From Tubulanus polymorphus (taxonomy: Eukaryota; Animalia; Nemertea), in assembly GCF_964204645.1 (NCBI RefSeq), contig NC_134030.1, forward strand, positions 6,118,778 through 6,182,777: DNA of 64,000 bases, written 5' to 3'. A program made the translations under genes and the position numbers. Shown in pieces: positions 63,201 to 64,000 of this stretch (within the stretch, counting starts at the first letter, position 1; every line of letters starts with the position of its first letter). Under the pieces are notes generated by a model. The model made no database searches. It was not told the origin of the DNA and was given only the letters and a program-made list of their open reading frames with translations.

Positions 63201-64000
63201 TTGTCTCTCTCTTCTCTCTCTCTAGGCCTAAACCTTTCTTAAATTAATAGAAACGCAGTAAGAAAAAATATCGAAGAAAGCCTCTTTTGAATAGACGATT
63301 ACGCGCCTATTCGTTAATACACAAGACCGGTTAGATAAGAACAACACGAATTTGTCTCCGAGGAAAACTTTTCTACACAGAAAATGTCAATCGAGGAACC
63401 GCCAAATCTGGATTCAGAATGAAAAAAAATTAACCACTCGTAACATCATCATGGTACTAAAAGAGCGCGGGTCAATTTCAACGTACCAGAAGCACTTTTC
63501 TTAGATTTTGGCAAGTGTGCTTCCACCCAGTAATATGATAGCATTTAGGCAACAAGGTGCGCATGATCGATGACAGCAAAACAACTAGGTCTATGGGTTC
63601 ACAAAAACCAATCACGAACCAGTAATTCACTTAAGTTTCCGACGATAAACTCGATTCCTACCAGTATTCAGAAGCGAATAAAAACAAATCTTATTCCGTA
63701 GTCTCGCTACCTAAAAACATGGCATATTTAACGCGAAGAAAATTCCCTTACAAATTGTTCACGATCAAACACCGATGATTTATAAACTGTTAGGTTGTAG
63801 GCTTTCTGACAGAGATTAATAATATAAGAGAACGAAAATCGTTTACAAAACATTCGAAGAAGAACGCAAAGGTAAAACTGTATGGTACACGATGTTTGTA
63901 TCAGTTAAGCGTGCCTTACCTGAACCACCGAGTTAAAGAGATATAGTATCTCAATCTTCCTACATCATTCCGGCATCCTACTTCAGTAGATACAGAACTG

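Overview
Eukaryotic (invertebrate animal-like), compact, intron-rich genomic window with four large spliced genes. (1) Cubilin on the minus strand: ATG 23881, signal peptide, N-terminal stalk, 8 EGF and about 16-17 CUB domains, running off the left edge. (2) A USF3/KIAA2018-type bHLH-ZIP gene on the plus strand: five small exons plus a 7.2-kb terminal exon. (3) The OS-9 ERAD lectin on the minus strand. (4) An R3H-SUZ gene of the R3HDM1/2-encore family on the minus strand. A tRNA-Val(TAC) gene lies in the 1.2-kb head-to-head gap between cubilin and USF3. The most unusual element is a complete, spliced, membrane-anchored HxxxDG CoA-dependent acyltransferase gene (condensation/AATase/PapA5-like) nested antisense in the cubilin intron that splits CUB1, with Penelope-like fragments on either side. 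Introns also carry decayed minimal hammerhead-ribozyme motifs of the Penelope type, a MITE family with a strict orientation bias, Helentron-type HINEs, a 59-bp minisatellite and CAG tracts. All calls are by eye; no database searches were run.
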